A DNA stretch of 64,000 nt from positions 248,001 through 312,000 of IMG/VR virus record IMGVR_UViG_3300023174_002543; one strand, 5' to 3'. Shown here in pieces: positions 34,961-46,700 of the stretch (position 1 is its first letter; the number at the start of each line of letters is the position of its first letter). The notes beneath the pieces were generated by a model. The model was given only the letters and a program-made list of their open reading frames with translations. It had not been told where the DNA came from and ran no database searches. A program made the position numbers and the translations under genes.

Positions 34961-37120
34961 TTAGCTGTTAGGCAAAATTGTTTTCTTTGGGAAAAGAACC
35001 GTTACGTCACGGCTGTCCAATGGATTTGGTACTGGGTTAGCACTGGGTAGTTCTTGCCAACTTGGTGTTAATAACCTATTATTAAAATTATATGAATAAC
35101 TCTTATCTATAATATATCTATCAATAGTAAAGTCAATTTCATTTAATCTATGTGGCCAGTAATTAATTATATTGCGTTGAATGAGCCTAGCTGCCCCGGG
35201 TAATGTATAGCATATAATCCATACGGGTTTATATCCTATAACGTTTCCATCTGTTTGTTGACTAGTCATCCATTTAGGTAATACACTTAACTCGTCTCCC
35301 TGACCTATACTAGAGACTAACTCACTTCTCATGGTAGGTAAACTTTCGGGATTCAAATATCGTGCAGTTTTTAATGCAGAACTTACATTATAACTAGTTT
35401 GGCTTATGTTAATAGTTGTGTTATTAATATCATATGCCCCTCGATTTAGTGGAATATTTACAGGCCATAATATCTGATTAGGTATACTTTTACCATTAGG
35501 ATTAACTAACTCGTCAACTATTTCACTATACACTATTTCATACATAGATACAAAATTTTCATCACGTGCTAATGCAGTTTTTATATCACCTAATATAATT
35601 TTTCTTTCGTAATGATTTTGCATTGCTTTGATATAATTATCAGTATATGTTGAATGTAAACCATATGCATGAATATATCTTACATCTTTTGCTTTGCCAA
35701 AATAAGGATCACTAGGCCTGTATAGTAAGTTACTAGGTATAATATTCTCATCAGTCAATAATGATTGTATTACTTTTCTTCCTGACACATTACATAATGC
35801 CTTAACGTATACGTTTTCTAAAGGTACGTCATGTGTAAATATAACTTTTAATGTAAATTCTCGTATTGATTGCAACAATGGATATTGTGGACAGAACGCC
35901 ATAATTTCAAATTTGTAATATATCTCAGTTCCCACATTGATAAAACTACCCGTCGGTTGTTCTGCTACCCTACCTATTATATCACCATTGGGTAATAAGT
36001 TAAGATTTAGAGGTAGGTGACCTGAATGTAATCTATAATTTAATCGTTGAACACTTTTAGCCTTGACTGATAATGTGCTTATGCCACCGTTTTCAATGTC
36101 TCCTAAATTTTCTAGTGTTACCCATGTTACATCCTGCACGACACCGTTGATAACATGCACAGTGAATTCGATATTACCGCAATTGATTAATGGATTACTT
36201 GCCTTCTCTACACTAACATTAAATTTATATCTTACAATGCCCACCGCAGGTAACACAGGATAACCAGTTATCCAACCTGTTACAACGTCTCCTGTTAAAC
36301 CAGGAGGTAATGTAAAATATCTATATCGTATATCGCTACCATCAAAATCATGCCCTATTACTTTGAAAGAAAAATAATTTCCAGTAACAAAATCAGGTAA
36401 TACCCCAGATTCAGTATAGTAATTATATAGACTATCTGTAGTATCAATGGGGTAAATTAATGGTTGTTTGTTTAAAATTACAGGTCTACGACTATTTGGT
36501 GGATTATTAATTCTTTGATTTATAATCGTCATTGAATACGTTGCGCTATCGAATCCCAAATCACTAACTAATTGAACAGTAAATGTATATGTAATTTTTG
36601 TAGGACTATTATTCAGTAATGTAGGTGGTTTGGGATAACCTAAAATTCTACCATCATCTAATAACTGCAATCCTGGAGGCAAAGATCCAGACATCAATAA
36701 TATTCCTACAATATTACTGGTAATAGGATTACTATATTCAATTTTAGTATTAACGTAGACACTATCTATTGTGTGAATCAGTTCACCGGGCGGAGTTGTA
36801 ATTTTAGGGCTATTAGCGCCGACCAAAGTAAAACTGAATGTTCTATCTGCTATGTTGTCATAGTTATCTATTGCACGAATAGTAAATGTATATGTTGTTT
36901 CTTTTGCAATATTTTTTGGGATTCCGCTAATGATTCCGGCTTTAGGATCAAGCCTCATATAGGTGTTTTCTATGGGTTCTGGAAAATAACCACTTACCAA
37001 ACTATATGCTACGCTTGTTCCGGGTGGAAGTGCGTATGCAAATACCTTAATATTTAAATTACTGTCAGTAGGATACGTACCTAGATCGCCAGCATCTGTT
37101 ACCCATATTGGTTGAGCCAT
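34961..37120 (-). CDS. baseplate wedge-like protein with putative Ig (He_PIG) repeats
   Basis: Repeated SGSLPPGLQL..GRILGYP / LPPGLTG..GWITGYP units; structural operon context. Confidence 0.65.
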   Translation of the reverse strand: MAQPIWVTDAGDLGTYPTDSNLNIKVFAYALPPGTSVAYSLVSGYFPEPIENTYMRLDPKAGIISGIPKNIAKETTYTFTIRAIDNYDNIADRTFSFTLVGANSPKITTPPGELIHTIDSVYVNTKIEYSNPITSNIVGILLMSGSLPPGLQLLDDGRILGYPKPPTLLNNSPTKITYTFTVQLVSDLGFDSATYSMTIINQRINNPPNSRRPVILNKQPLIYPIDTTDSLYNYYTESGVLPDFVTGNYFSFKVIGHDFDGSDIRYRYFTLPPGLTGDVVTGWITGYPVLPAVGIVRYKFNVSVEKASNPLINCGNIEFTVHVINGVVQDVTWVTLENLGDIENGGISTLSVKAKSVQRLNYRLHSGHLPLNLNLLPNGDIIGRVAEQPTGSFINVGTEIYYKFEIMAFCPQYPLLQSIREFTLKVIFTHDVPLENVYVKALCNVSGRKVIQSLLTDENIIPSNLLYRPSDPYFGKAKDVRYIHAYGLHSTYTDNYIKAMQNHYERKIILGDIKTALARDENFVSMYEIVYSEIVDELVNPNGKSIPNQILWPVNIPLNRGAYDINNTTINISQTSYNVSSALKTARYLNPESLPTMRSELVSSIGQGDELSVLPKWMTSQQTDGNVIGYKPVWIICYTLPGAARLIQRNIINYWPHRLNEIDFTIDRYIIDKSYSYNFNNRLLTPSWQELPSANPVPNPLDSRDVTVLFPKKTILPNS

Positions 37121-37122
37121 AC

Positions 37123-37743
37123 TTATCCCTGTAACAATTGCAATGCAAGTTTATAATGATGTATTCTATCTTCTAATCCAATCGTGCCACCATTGATACG
37201 TTTTGTTAACGTAACAAAATCATCCTTGTCGCAGTATTGATTTAAGTTATTGTTATCCCAAAACCAACCAGCACTACTAACAGCGCCAGCCGGTGTCTCT
37301 AAGTATGCAACGGTATCTTCTATACTAATACCTAAATCAGCTGCAAACTTAGTATAGTTATTACGACCAGTCAATTGAATTAATCCACGACCACAGAAAC
37401 GATAACCATCACCACTGGCTTCATCACCATTACCCATGCGACCGCCATATACACGATTGGCAATTTTTTCTGGCTTGCGTTCATATTGTTTTGCTAATTC
37501 TTCATTAGGAAAATATTTCTTAAATGTAGTCATTAAACCTTTTGCACCGTAACTCAAGTTTTCTTTAACAAAGTTAAATCCACCTGATTCATGTGCAGTT
37601 TGTGCTACAAAGGCAGCTGCACGGTTCATGTTTACATACATATCGTAATATTCTGCTACTTCGTGTAGTGGTACTGCATATTTCTCTAAAACACTTTTCT
37701 TTGTTTTAGGGCACAACTGTTGTAATATGTCTAACGTAATCAT
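37123..37743 (-). CDS. GH19 chitinase-like lysin
   Basis: AFVAQTAHESGGF...ENLSY...GDGYRFCGRGLIQLTGRNNY...SAGWFW...TKRINGG..GLEDR. Confidence 0.93.
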   Translation of the reverse strand: MITLDILQQLCPKTKKSVLEKYAVPLHEVAEYYDMYVNMNRAAAFVAQTAHESGGFNFVKENLSYGAKGLMTTFKKYFPNEELAKQYERKPEKIANRVYGGRMGNGDEASGDGYRFCGRGLIQLTGRNNYTKFAADLGISIEDTVAYLETPAGAVSSAGWFWDNNNLNQYCDKDDFVTLTKRINGGTIGLEDRIHHYKLALQLLQG

Positions 37744-40700
37744 TGTTTATCCTTTAATAAATTCATAATAGCATCAATTTGATCTTGCAATGACTTTATG
37801 TCTTTTGCATGATTTTCTTCTTGTTCTACAATAGCTTGTAGTGCTAATGCAGATAATTTTTCATAGTCAACTGCAAGAGTACCATCTTCTTTAGTTCTTG
37901 CTGCTTCTGGGAAATGTTCTAGTACATCGTTAGCAATTACACCAAAGTCTGCTTTTCTATGGAAGTAATTATCTGCACCACCTCTGGCGTTTAGATAATC
38001 ATCTTTCCAATCAAATAACTTACCACCAATACTAATTGCTTTTTCTAATGCGTTTGGAATAGGTCTAACATTTTCTTTGAATCTAATATCAGACCCGGCA
38101 TACGCAGTTATATTATCATATGATTGAATTGCACCATATGAATTTAGCAATGTGCTTGCAGTAGTACTGGATCCTAATGTTAGACTACCAAAAGTTACTG
38201 CACTACCAGTACCAACTGCTTGACCTATGCTTACTGTAAATGTTCCGCCGGCTGTACCAGAAACACCAACGCCAGTACCAGCACTTAATCCAACAACACC
38301 GTTGTTAGTTATGTAGCCACCGCTTACACTTAAACCTGTACTTACAATAACACCACCTAAACTAGTTGTAGTAGCTCCAGGTAATACATATGCAGCCGGG
38401 ATAACAGGTGGAGTATATTGTAATGTAGTTCCACTAAATGATAATGAACCGCTACCACTAGCAGAAAGCGTTTGAGTAGTATAAGTTGGTATCGCGGCTG
38501 GAGTGAAACTGAATCCAGTAGTAGTACTATAAGTAAATGACCCGCCACCTGACGCTGCAGCAGTTGAAACAGTAGTATTTGGTTTATTAGCAGTAATAGC
38601 ACTATAATCTAAGTTAGTTAAACTTGCACCGTTACCACTAAACAACTTAGCACTAAACGTACCATTAGGTGCACTAATACCACCATTAACTAAGTTAACT
38701 GCCCCAGTAATATTAGCACCACCTTGAACTGTCATTGAAGTATTATTAGGTGATACTGTGATTTGAGTACCTGAACCGAATCCCGTCCATCCTGGATCAC
38801 TTGCTATTGCAGTACCGGTGCCCGCTCTACCTATAGTTACACTTGTTGAGGTAGCTGAATGTACTGTATAATCAGTATTGTTTAACGAACTAAATCCAGT
38901 AAGTATTATTAGTTGTCCTTGAACAAAGGGAGTAACTGCCTGTTGACCAAAGTTAATGGTGACACCTAATCCAACACCATTATATGTGTAATTAGTTGCT
39001 TGAATACCACTACTACCAACTGCATGTATGCCAGTAATAGTATGGTTGCCACCTATCCTTACTACACCCGATGCCAACAATGCATTGCCACCTGCATCAC
39101 CTCTTAATGTAACGACACCACCGGTGATACTACTCACCGCAGTGATATTACCAATGTTTGCATTACCTTGAACAGTAATTATACCTTGAACACTTAATGT
39201 TGATTGATGCGTGATTGACGCAGTACCTGTAATAGTCCCGGGATTGCCTATGTAGGCATAGCTAACTGTAGTTGTTGTGGGAGTACCGGTAACTACTACA
39301 CTACCGTTTAACGCAGCAGGAGTAAGTCCGGATACAGTTATGATTTGACCTACTGTGAAGGGTACTGTAGCAACACCTAACAAAGGTTGTGAATTAAATG
39401 TCAACGTTACTACATCGCTAGCCCACGCTGCAGTTGCATTAGTAATTCCTGCACCAGTACCTGCAGGAGCTGCATATGGATTAGTTACAAGAACTGCCTG
39501 TGTGCCACCTACTCTTGTGTTGCCTGCTACAAAATGATTATTTGAAGTGTAACTATTACCAGTAACTGTAAGTGAATTTCCGGCTTGCGGTGCAGTACCA
39601 CCTACTACACCGATGCCACCTACAATATGATTAGTAGATGTATAGCTATTACCATTAACACCAAATGCATTACCAGCACTTAGCGACCCGGCACCGACAT
39701 AGTGACTTGAAGCACTAATACCACTGTCCATTCTATGTGTACCTGATGTATATGCATTTCCATTAACACCAAATGCATTACCTGCGGATAATGAACCAGA
39801 ACCTACATAATGATTAGATGAACTTATACCGGCTGACATAGTATGTAAGCCTGATGTATATGCATTACCATTAGCAGTCAATACATACCCTGCCTGAGCA
39901 CTTCCCCCGCCTATAACACTAAATCCACCTACGGTATGATTGCCACTAACGTTTGCATTTCCCGGTGTTACTATGTTACCTAAGTTAGCGGTTCCACCTA
40001 CAAAATGAGTACCCGATATATAACCGTTACCATTAGCAGTTAATATATAACCTGACTGGCGAGTGCCTCCACCTATAACAGTAAATCCACCCACTGTTTG
40101 ATTAGTTGATACAAATAGATTTCCGTTTGTAGTTAATGCATGACCTGCTTGTGCTGAACCTCCGCCTACTATACCAGTTGTAAATAATGCATTACTCATA
40201 CTTGCAGTACCGGCTATAGTATGGTCACCTGATGTATAACTATTACCCGCGACAGTCAATGTATTACCTGCTTGAGCAGCAGTACCGCCAATTACATGAG
40301 TTCCGGTTGTTACACCATAACCCATAGTATGAGTATTAACAGTATATGCACTGCCATTAGCAACTAATACATTACTTCCTACTGTTGCGCCGGCTGCACC
40401 TATATAATGACTATTACCAGTTACACCATCCTGCATTATATGTGTACCTGATGTATATGCATTTCCATTAACACCGAATGCATTGCCTGCTGATAATGTA
40501 CCAGCACCTACATAATGACTTGAAGCACTGACACCACTATCCATTCTATGTGTACCTGAGGTGTATGCATTACCATTAACACCAAATGCATTACCCGCAA
40601 CCAATGCACCGCTACCTACATAATGACTTGAGGCACTTATACCACTAGCCATTCTGTGTGTGCCTATTGTTCTACTATTGCCACCTACATAATGGTCAGA

Positions 40701-43670
40701 TGATGTAAAACTATTACCAGTAACTGTTAACGAATTTCCGGCTTGTGCAGAACTACCACCTACAACATGTGCACCAGCTACAAAACTATTAGAACTCACA
40801 TAATGAGTACCTGCTACATATCCATTACCGTTAAGAGTAAATGCATTCCCTGCTTGTGCAGTCCCGCCACCAACAACACCATTTGCAAATACAGCATTAG
40901 CCATATTAGCAGTACCCATATAATGTGTACCAGTAGTGAACGCATCACCATTAGCAACTAACACATTACTACCAGTAGATACACCTGATGCACCTATATA
41001 ATGACCTAAATTGCTTACGCCCTGTTCTATGGTATGTATACCTGATGTATATGCATTACCAGTAACTGTTAAATTAGTATCTGTTCTTAGTGTTCCGCCA
41101 CCCACTAAGTGGGCGCCTGATGTAACACTACTACCCATCACATGAGTACCAGTAGTATATGCACTACCATTAACACCGAAGGCATTGCCGGCTGCCAACG
41201 ACCCAGCGCCGACATAGTGATTAGATGCGCTTAATCCAGAGGTCATTCTATGTAGACCATTAGTGAAACTATTACCATTAGCAGTTAATATATAACCTGC
41301 TTGTTGTGAACCACCACCTATAACGCTAAATCCACCTACGGCATGATTATTAAGTATGACGCTATTAGCTACTGTGTGGTTGCCACTGGTATATGCATCA
41401 CCATTGACTGTTAGTTTATTTGATCCTTGCTGAGTTCCTCCACCAACAATACCATTAGCAAAAGATGCATTAGCTATATTAGCAGTACCAATATGGTGTA
41501 TACCTACTGTACGTGCATCACCGTTAGCAATTAATACATTACTACCTGCACTAACACCAACTGCACCTACATAATGCACTCCTATTGTGGTAGTATTACC
41601 TTGACTTATAATATTACCAACGTTTGCAGTACCAGATATATTAGCATTACCTTGGCTGACAATATTACCAACGTTAGCAGTACCAGATATATTAGCATTA
41701 CCTTGACTTATTAAATTACCTACGTTTGCTACACCACTAGTTATTAATCCACCGACATTAGCAGTACCTATGATATTAGCATCACCTTGACTTACAATGG
41801 CACCTACGTTTGCTAAGCCAACAGTTATTAATCCACCGACACTAGCAGTACCAGTGATGTTTGCAGAACCAGGTGTTGCTAAATTACCAAAACTTGCGTT
41901 ACCACTAATGGTAGCATTTAATGTAATTAGATTACCTACGTTAGCTGTGCCAGCTATATTTGCATTGCCTTGACTTATTAGGGTGCCCACGTTAGCTGTA
42001 CCACTTGTTAATAGATTACCTACGTTAGCAGTTCCAGCGATATTAGCCGCACCCTGACTGACTAAGGTACCTACATTAGCTATACCACTAGTCACTAAGT
42101 TACCTACATTAGCAGTTCCACCAATGTTGGCCGCCCCCGGTGTTACTAAGTTACCAACATTGGCTGTACCGGCAATGTTGGCTGCTCCTGGACTAACTAA
42201 ATTACCTACGTTAGCTGTACCTGAAATATTTGCAGAGCCTGGACTAACTAGATTACCCACATTGGCTGTACCGGCAATGTTGGCTGCTCCTGGTGTTATA
42301 ATATTTCCTACGTTTGCAGTACCAGTAATATTGGCGCCTGATGCAACACTCAATATACCAGTAGTAACTAAATTACCACCACTTACGTTACCAGCAATAC
42401 TTAATAAATTTGTACTTGAGTTATATGTAACACCTGATATGGCTGCAGTATTACCACCACTGTTAAACAACAATTGACTATCTGCACCGGGTGCAGTTGC
42501 AGGTGGTGCTACTGCACCCGGGGCTGTTGTAATGGCACCGTTTGATGTAATAATTGTATTACCTATTTGCAGTGAACCGTTAGAACCAATAGTAGTATTA
42601 CCAATAGTAAGTGCACCGTTTGAAGAAATAGATGTACCGCCACCTGAAATTGTACCTGCAACAGTTTGAGGACCAGCAGTAGTACCTGCAAATGTTACAC
42701 TTGTTGCGTTACTAGTTACAACTGTTTTAGTTCCATTAAATCCTGTGGGAGTAACGCCGGCTACAGTAATTGTTTGCCCAGCAGTAAACGGAGCAGATGA
42801 TTGTAGAGCAAATGTTAATATTGAATTACCACTAACACTTGATGCACCGGTTGTAGTAAGATTAGTGCCACCTACAGTAATTGCACCGTTTGCATCAATA
42901 GTAGTTCCACCAACTGCGGCACTTGCCGCAACAATAGTTACAGATGTAATGTTTGCTACGTTTAAGTTATTGTTGATAACAATATTACCACTGGTCATGT
43001 TTCCAGATACAGTAATATTAGGTACTTGTAGACTACCACCTGCACTTGTAATTGTAGTAGTACCAACGTTAATAGTTGGGCTTGTTACTGTAGAACTTGT
43101 AACTTGAGTTGTTACAATACTAGATGCAACATTCAAACTTCCCATACTAATAGCTGTTCCGTCTGATCCAATTAATGCACCACCCAAGTCAATCGTTTGT
43201 GCAGCAACAAATAATGTTTTCCAACGTTTAGTAGGGCTACCTATATTATACACGCTATCAGCACTAGGTACTAGATTTGAACTAATAGTATTTGTTATGT
43301 TAAGTGTATTAGTAGTTATTGTCCCTGTAAAAGTACCATTGCTAGTTGAAATATTTGGTGCTAAATCTATTTTGAAGGGTGTGCTATAGCTTGCAATAGT
43401 GGCTCGGTTACCACTAGCAACACCCACACCGACTATCAAACTATTACCTGTTTGAATAGTAACGTTTGAAATATTAGCCACTAATACTACGTTACCTGAC
43501 GTTCTGTTTTGTCCTAATCCAGTGCCGGTCGTAATAGTTTGAACACCAGTGGATTGTGCGGTATTGTATAATTCTGTAAAGTTATTCTGTATCTTTTCAA
43601 ATGCCGCACGTATTGCATCCGCACTTGGATCATTTGGGAATGCCCCGAAATCAATTTTTTGTTGAGCCAT
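37740..43670 (-). CDS. long tail fibre/spike (1976 aa) with C-terminal intramolecular chaperone (peptidase S74-like)
   Basis: N-terminal DPSADAIRAAFEKIQNNFTELY; long beta-helix-like repeats; SDIRFKENVRPI...GVIANDV...AVDYEKL. Confidence 0.85.
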   Translation of the reverse strand: MAQQKIDFGAFPNDPSADAIRAAFEKIQNNFTELYNTAQSTGVQTITTGTGLGQNRTSGNVVLVANISNVTIQTGNSLIVGVGVASGNRATIASYSTPFKIDLAPNISTSNGTFTGTITTNTLNITNTISSNLVPSADSVYNIGSPTKRWKTLFVAAQTIDLGGALIGSDGTAISMGSLNVASSIVTTQVTSSTVTSPTINVGTTTITSAGGSLQVPNITVSGNMTSGNIVINNNLNVANITSVTIVAASAAVGGTTIDANGAITVGGTNLTTTGASSVSGNSILTFALQSSAPFTAGQTITVAGVTPTGFNGTKTVVTSNATSVTFAGTTAGPQTVAGTISGGGTSISSNGALTIGNTTIGSNGSLQIGNTIITSNGAITTAPGAVAPPATAPGADSQLLFNSGGNTAAISGVTYNSSTNLLSIAGNVSGGNLVTTGILSVASGANITGTANVGNIITPGAANIAGTANVGNLVSPGSANISGTANVGNLVSPGAANIAGTANVGNLVTPGAANIGGTANVGNLVTSGIANVGTLVSQGAANIAGTANVGNLLTSGTANVGTLISQGNANIAGTANVGNLITLNATISGNASFGNLATPGSANITGTASVGGLITVGLANVGAIVSQGDANIIGTANVGGLITSGVANVGNLISQGNANISGTANVGNIVSQGNANISGTANVGNIISQGNTTTIGVHYVGAVGVSAGSNVLIANGDARTVGIHHIGTANIANASFANGIVGGGTQQGSNKLTVNGDAYTSGNHTVANSVILNNHAVGGFSVIGGGSQQAGYILTANGNSFTNGLHRMTSGLSASNHYVGAGSLAAGNAFGVNGSAYTTGTHVMGSSVTSGAHLVGGGTLRTDTNLTVTGNAYTSGIHTIEQGVSNLGHYIGASGVSTGSNVLVANGDAFTTGTHYMGTANMANAVFANGVVGGGTAQAGNAFTLNGNGYVAGTHYVSSNSFVAGAHVVGGSSAQAGNSLTVTGNSFTSSDHYVGGNSRTIGTHRMASGISASSHYVGSGALVAGNAFGVNGNAYTSGTHRMDSGVSASSHYVGAGTLSAGNAFGVNGNAYTSGTHIMQDGVTGNSHYIGAAGATVGSNVLVANGSAYTVNTHTMGYGVTTGTHVIGGTAAQAGNTLTVAGNSYTSGDHTIAGTASMSNALFTTGIVGGGSAQAGHALTTNGNLFVSTNQTVGGFTVIGGGTRQSGYILTANGNGYISGTHFVGGTANLGNIVTPGNANVSGNHTVGGFSVIGGGSAQAGYVLTANGNAYTSGLHTMSAGISSSNHYVGSGSLSAGNAFGVNGNAYTSGTHRMDSGISASSHYVGAGSLSAGNAFGVNGNSYTSTNHIVGGIGVVGGTAPQAGNSLTVTGNSYTSNNHFVAGNTRVGGTQAVLVTNPYAAPAGTGAGITNATAAWASDVVTLTFNSQPLLGVATVPFTVGQIITVSGLTPAALNGSVVVTGTPTTTTVSYAYIGNPGTITGTASITHQSTLSVQGIITVQGNANIGNITAVSSITGGVVTLRGDAGGNALLASGVVRIGGNHTITGIHAVGSSGIQATNYTYNGVGLGVTINFGQQAVTPFVQGQLIILTGFSSLNNTDYTVHSATSTSVTIGRAGTGTAIASDPGWTGFGSGTQITVSPNNTSMTVQGGANITGAVNLVNGGISAPNGTFSAKLFSGNGASLTNLDYSAITANKPNTTVSTAAASGGGSFTYSTTTGFSFTPAAIPTYTTQTLSASGSGSLSFSGTTLQYTPPVIPAAYVLPGATTTSLGGVIVSTGLSVSGGYITNNGVVGLSAGTGVGVSGTAGGTFTVSIGQAVGTGSAVTFGSLTLGSSTTASTLLNSYGAIQSYDNITAYAGSDIRFKENVRPIPNALEKAISIGGKLFDWKDDYLNARGGADNYFHRKADFGVIANDVLEHFPEAARTKEDGTLAVDYEKLSALALQAIVEQEENHAKDIKSLQDQIDAIMNLLKDKQ
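39560..42340 (-). repeat. coding repeats: about 17-aa GAANIAGTANVGNLV units followed by GNAFGVNGNAYTSGTH units
   Basis: Visible at both protein and DNA level within the fibre gene. Confidence 0.85.
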
Positions 43671-43720
43671 GTCTATCCTACCTTATCTATTATTTATCGT
43701 TTTCAATATGAGTGGTAGCC

Positions 43721-43751
43721 AAAAAAATAGCCCGGGATTAGCGGGCTATTT
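43721..43751 (-). terminator. intrinsic terminator
   Basis: AAATAGCCCG-N7-CGGGCTATTT followed by a T-run on the minus strand; late promoter GATAAATA at 43698-43691 restarts transcription. Confidence 0.85.
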
Positions 43752-43766
43752 AAAGTACGGTTTATA

Positions 43767-46700
43767 TTATTTTATACCGCTTAATTTTTTCCAATCAGTT
43801 AACAATTCTGTTGCGTCTTTTAGTAATTTTGTTTCCATTGTAACTTTTTGAATATTTCCTGTTGATTGGGTGCGTTTTTCTCTATGCAAATCATTACCCA
43901 TAGATAACAATTCTTTTAGTTGCAATAATTCTGTATCACCCATTGCGTCTCCACCTGCGTCATTTGAATAGCCTTCTTCAACATGGTCACAACCACATGA
44001 TTCCATTGGGTAACCACATTCGTTGCAATTTTCTTGCCCTTCTTCAATAGAACTAGTGTCTTTATATGACTTATCACCCATCTTAAATTCGCCACCTTTT
44101 GGTGTTTGTGCTAATTTACCAGTGAATGCATTACCTTCTTCCATGTCACCTTCTTCAATAGAACTAGTGTCTTTATATGACTTATCACCCATCTTGAATT
44201 CACCACCTTTTGGTGTTTTTCTTAATTTATCAGTGAATGCATTACCTTCATCAACTTCATCGTCATCTTGTTCCGGTGGGTCATAAGTTATAGTTGGTTC
44301 TGGATTCATTTTTCTAAGACCGCCCATTCCTGATTCAGGTTCTTCATCAGAATCACGCCACTTCATAGTTACAGTTTGAGGTCTTGTAGGTGTCACACCA
44401 TCATCGTCTTCCGGTAACTCTGTGCTACCACCAGGATATTCTGCTCTTAATTCAGATACTTGTCCATCACTGCCGGGTGTAGCAGGAGGGGGTGCGGGTG
44501 TTGATGGTGGATGAGTATCATCTGGGCTTGGTTTAGCAACAATAGGTTCTGATAGATATTGTTCATCTACTTCTTCATTACCTTCTTCATCTTCGTAATC
44601 ACCTTCAACTGACCCGGGTGTACCTGGATCGCTTGCTATACCTGACATTTTCTTAATTAATGCAAGCATGTCATCACCGTCACCAACTACATCTGGACTT
44701 GGTGCAATTTTAATGCCTTGATGAAATTCTTCTTCGTCACCCTCATCACCTTGCATAGGTGCGCCATAACCACTGTTTTGTTCTTTACTTCCACCAAACA
44801 TTCCCATGCCTGAATTACGTAAAATACTCATCAATTCACCTGCATCATGCTCAGTTGCATTAATGCTCAATGAATCAGGTGATCCTTGTTGGCCAGTACT
44901 ATGTGATACTGTAATACCTTCTACTAATAAACTGTTGAGTTCACGTTCCCAGCTTTCAAATTGTTTATCTTTCATATCATTACTTTCGTTAAATGTTTGC
45001 GGTGTACTTAATGTTTTTAAGAATCCATTACTACCGGTAGCAGGAGTTCTTGGAACTGCCATTGGGCTACCTGGCTTACTAAAATCGCTACCTGGCTTAG
45101 CACCAGGATTTTGTCTATAACTACTTAAATCATTAGGTGTACGTGTAGCAAATCTTTCTTTATCTGCATTTGCAAAAGTGTTGAATGGTAATTCTTTTTC
45201 ATGGGCTAGATATTTCAATGTTTGATTTACTAATTCATTTTGACTAGAGTTATCTAAACCATCATATTCATCACCGTGTTTAACTAATGCTTTTAAGATT
45301 TCTTCGGCCTGTTGAACGTTTCGTGCTTTCTTAAGGTCAAATACACTGCCATCACCTTTATGTGATTCTACGTCAGAGTAGAAGTTAATTAGTAGGTCCT
45401 TCATTGCACCTTCTGTTAATTGTGTTGCTTTCATAGTTGTGCTTTCTTTGACTTTTTTCTTGTTGTCATACTTGTCATACTTGTTACGGATAGTATCTAA
45501 TTTCTTTTCACTAGCACCTTCACGACCAGCCTTGGCCAATGCTTCCATGCCTTCTTTGCCGTATTTTTCATGACCTTTAGCTGCACGACTCATACGTTTC
45601 TTGTCTTCTGATACATTTTCTTCATCCACTGTTAAATCAACATTAGTCACTGACGGATGTGGAGAACTATCTCCGCGTGTGGGCGGGGACAACTCATTAT
45701 GTCTACGTGGCTGCATTGGATTGATTAGTTTCTTTCCGGCTGGAAGATCTTCAAAATCAGGACCAAAACCACGGATTTCAACACGTGGTATATCGTACTG
45801 GGCGTATTCGTCAGAGTTTTCTAACTTTAATGGATTCAATCTATTATCATCACCTGGTCTTCTACCACCAAGTCCTGTACCGCCGCCCATACCACCACCT
45901 CGACCTGCACTACCACCGGGTGTATTCATTGGGATACGGCCTACTTTAGTGTCAGTAACTGCTGGCACAACTTTTGAAGCAAGACGACCGTCACCGGGAG
46001 TAACAATTTCTTTTCCACTTTGTTTAAAACTAGGATTCTTGTCATAGAAATCCTGATGTGATTTATTCATCCTAGAGGTATCTAAGTCTGGTTTACCGTA
46101 ACGTTGATTCATTGAATCTTTATATTCTTGATTGCTAAGTTTTCCTGGGTTGGACATTGAAACTTCGTCTTCTTCCATTGGGCGCTTGGCACCACCGTGA
46201 TTCATTCTGAAAAGTTGTTTAAACTCTTTAGATATTGGTATTGGTGACTGTTGTGCAGGAGGTGTATTTTGTGATGCATCTTCACCAACATGGTCAGGTA
46301 GACCTTTGTGTTTAGTCTTTGCAAAGTCTTTGGCATCTTTCTTGCCGATATCTTTTGCAACACCTTTTAATTCTTTACTTGCACCAGGAACTTTCTTTCC
46401 TTTTTGCATTGCATGAACCATACCAAAGAAACGTTGTTGGGCCTTACTCTTAGCCTTCTCGCTGATAACACCTTCTTCACCAGTTTCACGTTCCATATCA
46501 CGTTCTTTTTCACTAGCAATATAATCCATTACACCAACCATCATGCCTTTTGCCTGACTAACTTTTTCTTGTACCCATTCAGGTAAGTCTTCTGAGTCAC
46601 TTAGTTTTTCTTCTAAATGACTAGTTACTCTTGCAATAGTATGTAATTGGTTCTTTACGTAATCACCTTCCATGCCATATTCAGCTGGATCATGTGAACC

